A DNA stretch of 64,000 bases, from the NCBI RefSeq assembly GCF_006345805.1, contig NC_043020.1, positions 27,466,001 to 27,530,000 of the forward strand, in the 5' to 3' direction. Source of the stretch: Octopus sinensis (Eukaryota). The position numbers and the translations under genes are program-made. Of this stretch, positions 61,161 through 64,000 are shown piece after piece (the first letter of the stretch is position 1; the number at the start of each line of letters is the position of its first letter). The notes below the pieces were generated by a model, which ran no database searches, was not told the DNA's origin, and was given only the letters and a program-made list of their open reading frames with translations.

Positions 61161-62959
61161 GTCATAGTATACAAAAGAGATGCTAAAAAAATTGGGTGTT
61201 GCCTATGCCTGAAGGAATGGCCTTGCACAGGGCCAATCCACTCCCTAAACAATATATGCGCTCACCAAAAAAAGAACTAGTCTACATCATTGGAACAAAT
61301 GAAGTCACAGGTATTACATCAGAGTTTTCCTTCTAGAGCTGTGATTTTTTCTACCGGGATCCATAGAAGATTTTGTAAAATTTAAGTGAAAGAAATCGTT
61401 AATACACTTCTACAACACATGAAATCATCATTTAACGCCTGTTTTTCATGCTGGCATAGGTTTGATGGGGGGGGACTGGCAACCCAGGAGGCCACACCAG
61501 ACTCCAATCTGATCTGGCAGAGTTTCTACAGATGGATGCTGTTTTGCTTAAGAACACAACGTACCACCCACCCGGTCTAGGAATTGAAACCACTACCTCG
61601 CAATCGTGAGTGCAACACCCTAACTATTGCATATATGTATACACACACACATTCTCTGCTTTAATTAGGAGAATCTCACAGACAAGGTGTCTTGTGTTAT
61701 AGTAATTAGTTCGTAGTTCCCGCTACGAAGGGGAGACTATTCTCATCAAATTGTTCTGCAATGCTCAGCTATTTTATTTTACAATATTCATTTAATCTAT
61801 TTTAGTTGATTAGCAAAAGTCAACCCTAATTGAGAAGACACACGACATTCCAATCGTGACAACCCCGTCTTCTGTTTTTGTAAATACTTTCTACAAAATT
61901 TGCAAGAGGGAACCAGTCTATTAACACTGACTCCAATGCTCGACTTGTACATTTATTTTATCGACCCTGAAAGGATGAAAAGCAAAGTCGGTCACGGCGG
62001 AATTTGAACTCAGACCGTAAAGCCGTAAGAAATGCCGTAGACATTTTGTCCGGTGTTCTAACCTTTGTTAAATGGTCAAACTAAAAGGTTTGACCCGGTC
62101 AGAAAAAAAAAAGTGTAATGAACCAATATGACACAAACGCTTTTCCTTAAAAAAAAAAAAGATTTCAATGAGATTTAGCTGCTATTTTTAGCTAATCGAA
62201 TGACCACGTAGAGACTTTATTTTTACATCAGTAATAATCGAAACATTGTTTTTACAACTACACTATGTTGTGATTGAAAAACGAGACGAGCCAAGACCGC
62301 AACGTGGTTTATTTGACCTGCTAGAAACAGTAGGCTATACTCTACTGCCTCAGAAAAGAGCAAAGGATACTCCCAGATCAAGTGAGGGTGGTCATGAGTG
62401 GCTGAACAGCTTTGATAATGACTTGGAACCAAAAAAAAATAAATAAAAAGAGAAACTGGGTGAGGAAAAACAGAAGGAAGCTTCAAATTTAAATTAATGA
62501 ATAAACTGCAAGCTATGCTAATTAAGTATCGCTTTTTTCCCGTTTGTAAATAAAAAGACACGTGTACGCGCGCGTGTACGTTTCTATGAGTGCGTGTGCG
62601 CGCACACAGACACACACACACAGTTCATTGTTTACCTTTTCAGTACTTGCGTATCCTTGGTTAATTAGTTTTATACTTTGTGTATAATTTATAAATTATA
62701 CACACGTAACCTTGGTAGAAAGTATAAAACTAATTCATATATACACCAGAACAATTGTATAGACTTTCGAGAGAACGCGAAATAATTTTAATTTTTTTTT
62801 TTTTTATATCGTAATTCTCGAATCACGCACAAAGCAATAAATAAATAAATATTGGGTTTAAAAATCGATTTTGGATAACGAAATTCGAACTCAATATTTA
62901 CATGTTATTAATTTATCGCTCTACGAATGCTTCGAAAATCACAATACCCAAAAAGTATA

Positions 62960-63150
62960 ACACACACACATTATATACATACACACATATATACATACAC
63001 ACATACACATATATATATACATACACACATACACATATATATATACATACACACATATATACATACACATATACATACACACATATATACATACACACAT
63101 ATATACATACACACATACACATATATATATATACATACACATATATATAT
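62960..63150. repeat. (AC/AT)n compound microsatellite
   Basis: Direct inspection. Confidence 0.9.
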
Positions 63151-63357
63151 CACCGTGACCGACCAGGCTATCAGATGTTGCTACACATCGCTGATCACAA
63201 TGCGCTTCGCATTGTTCTAGCCTTCAAATGACGCCACCCCGCTGGCTAAGCGAGGAAGGCCAATATATATATATAGATATATTTATTACATACACGACAC
63301 ACTTCTTTGATGCCCTTGAAAATACATAATATCAATTACAACAACTTCAATTCCAAC

Positions 63358-63378
63358 CTTCTCGGTTTCATCTTCCAT
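63358..63378 (-). CDS. Speculative start exon (MEDETEK)
   Basis: ATG GAA GAT GAA ACC GAG AAG|gttgga is phase 0 and would join ADDDDD... in frame. The donor is weak and there is no transcript support. Confidence 0.2.
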
Positions 63379-64000
63379 ACAAACATATACCCCAGAAAAA
63401 TATAAGCATATTATATATATATATATATATGCTAGAAGTACTGGGGGTGATGTACAGATTATATATATATACACACGTATTATAGTAACAGGCGCCAATA
63501 GGTATATCTTAAGTGAATGTATCAGTGTATTGCAATAAGTGAATGTGTGAACAAACACACTGACAGCGGATACATGCGACATTCAGTGAACAAATGTCTA
63601 AGGGTGGCGGTGGTTTTAATGCCAGTAATGGCGGGAACGTATGTGTAGATATATACATCAATTAGTTGCTTACGAAACAACCAGCCACCCCCCCTTCTCT
63701 CTTTCACATATATATACATTCACACATTTACACATTCTTTCTAGCACATATTACACACTCGTAGATACACCTACATATATATATATATATATATACACAA
63801 ACAGACGTAGAGGCGCGCACGCTGCTGAGTCTCTTAGAAATTCAATTCCACTTATAATAAATATACGTATTAAAAGACAAGTGGCGGGTGACACGAACGA
63901 GGAAGCTTCGGTGGTGGTTGCTGGATCGGCTAGACACAGCAGCCAAATCTCACACAAACCAGTATCTTAAATAACGGAAAGATAAGATGATGAAATCTTA

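Larger units (their letters stand above)
62540..63960. promoter_or_regulatory. CpG-enriched region, possible main PHF20 promoter/5' UTR
   Basis: CpG/CGCG clusters at about 62560-62600 and 63800-63930; minus-strand donor-like gtaagc near 63672. Confidence 0.35.

Noticed and set aside
62246-62446. 66-aa plus-strand ORF or possible minus-strand exon
   Set aside because: No recognisable homology and weak splice signals.

Overview
AT-rich, repeat-dense animal genomic DNA. The SINE and microsatellite content looks like an octopod cephalopod (inference from my recognition of the repeats; no database search was run). One large minus-strand gene spans most of the window: a PHF20/PHF20L1 orthologue (NSL/MOF histone-acetyltransferase complex reader). 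I mapped 20 coding exons by hand between 56215 and 11444. All have GT-AG boundaries and consistent phase, totalling 3864 nt (1287 aa + stop). Domain order is Tudor1, Tudor2, long low-complexity linker, C2H2 finger, PHD finger, C-terminal helical domain. The start-codon exon was not securely found. Introns and flanks hold at least three SINE/retroposon families, several MITE families, Helitron/Helentron pieces, a mariner (maT-like) transposase remnant, CR1 and RTE LINE fragments, and mini/microsatellites. Signals the annotation does not explain: (1) five type-I hammerhead ribozyme motifs in four unrelated sequence contexts, including both arms of a 357-bp fold-back and one inside a 340-bp TIR-bounded element that is sense to the pre-mRNA; (2) an intronic CpG-rich island with splice donors and a CTCF-like motif that could drive a Tudor-less isoform; (3) five AG|GT donor motifs within 113 bp of the longest intron; (4) inverted repeat pairs bracketing the Tudor exons. 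Exon and ribozyme coordinates were counted base by base. Most TE boundaries are approximate (about 10-20 bp). No function is demonstrated.
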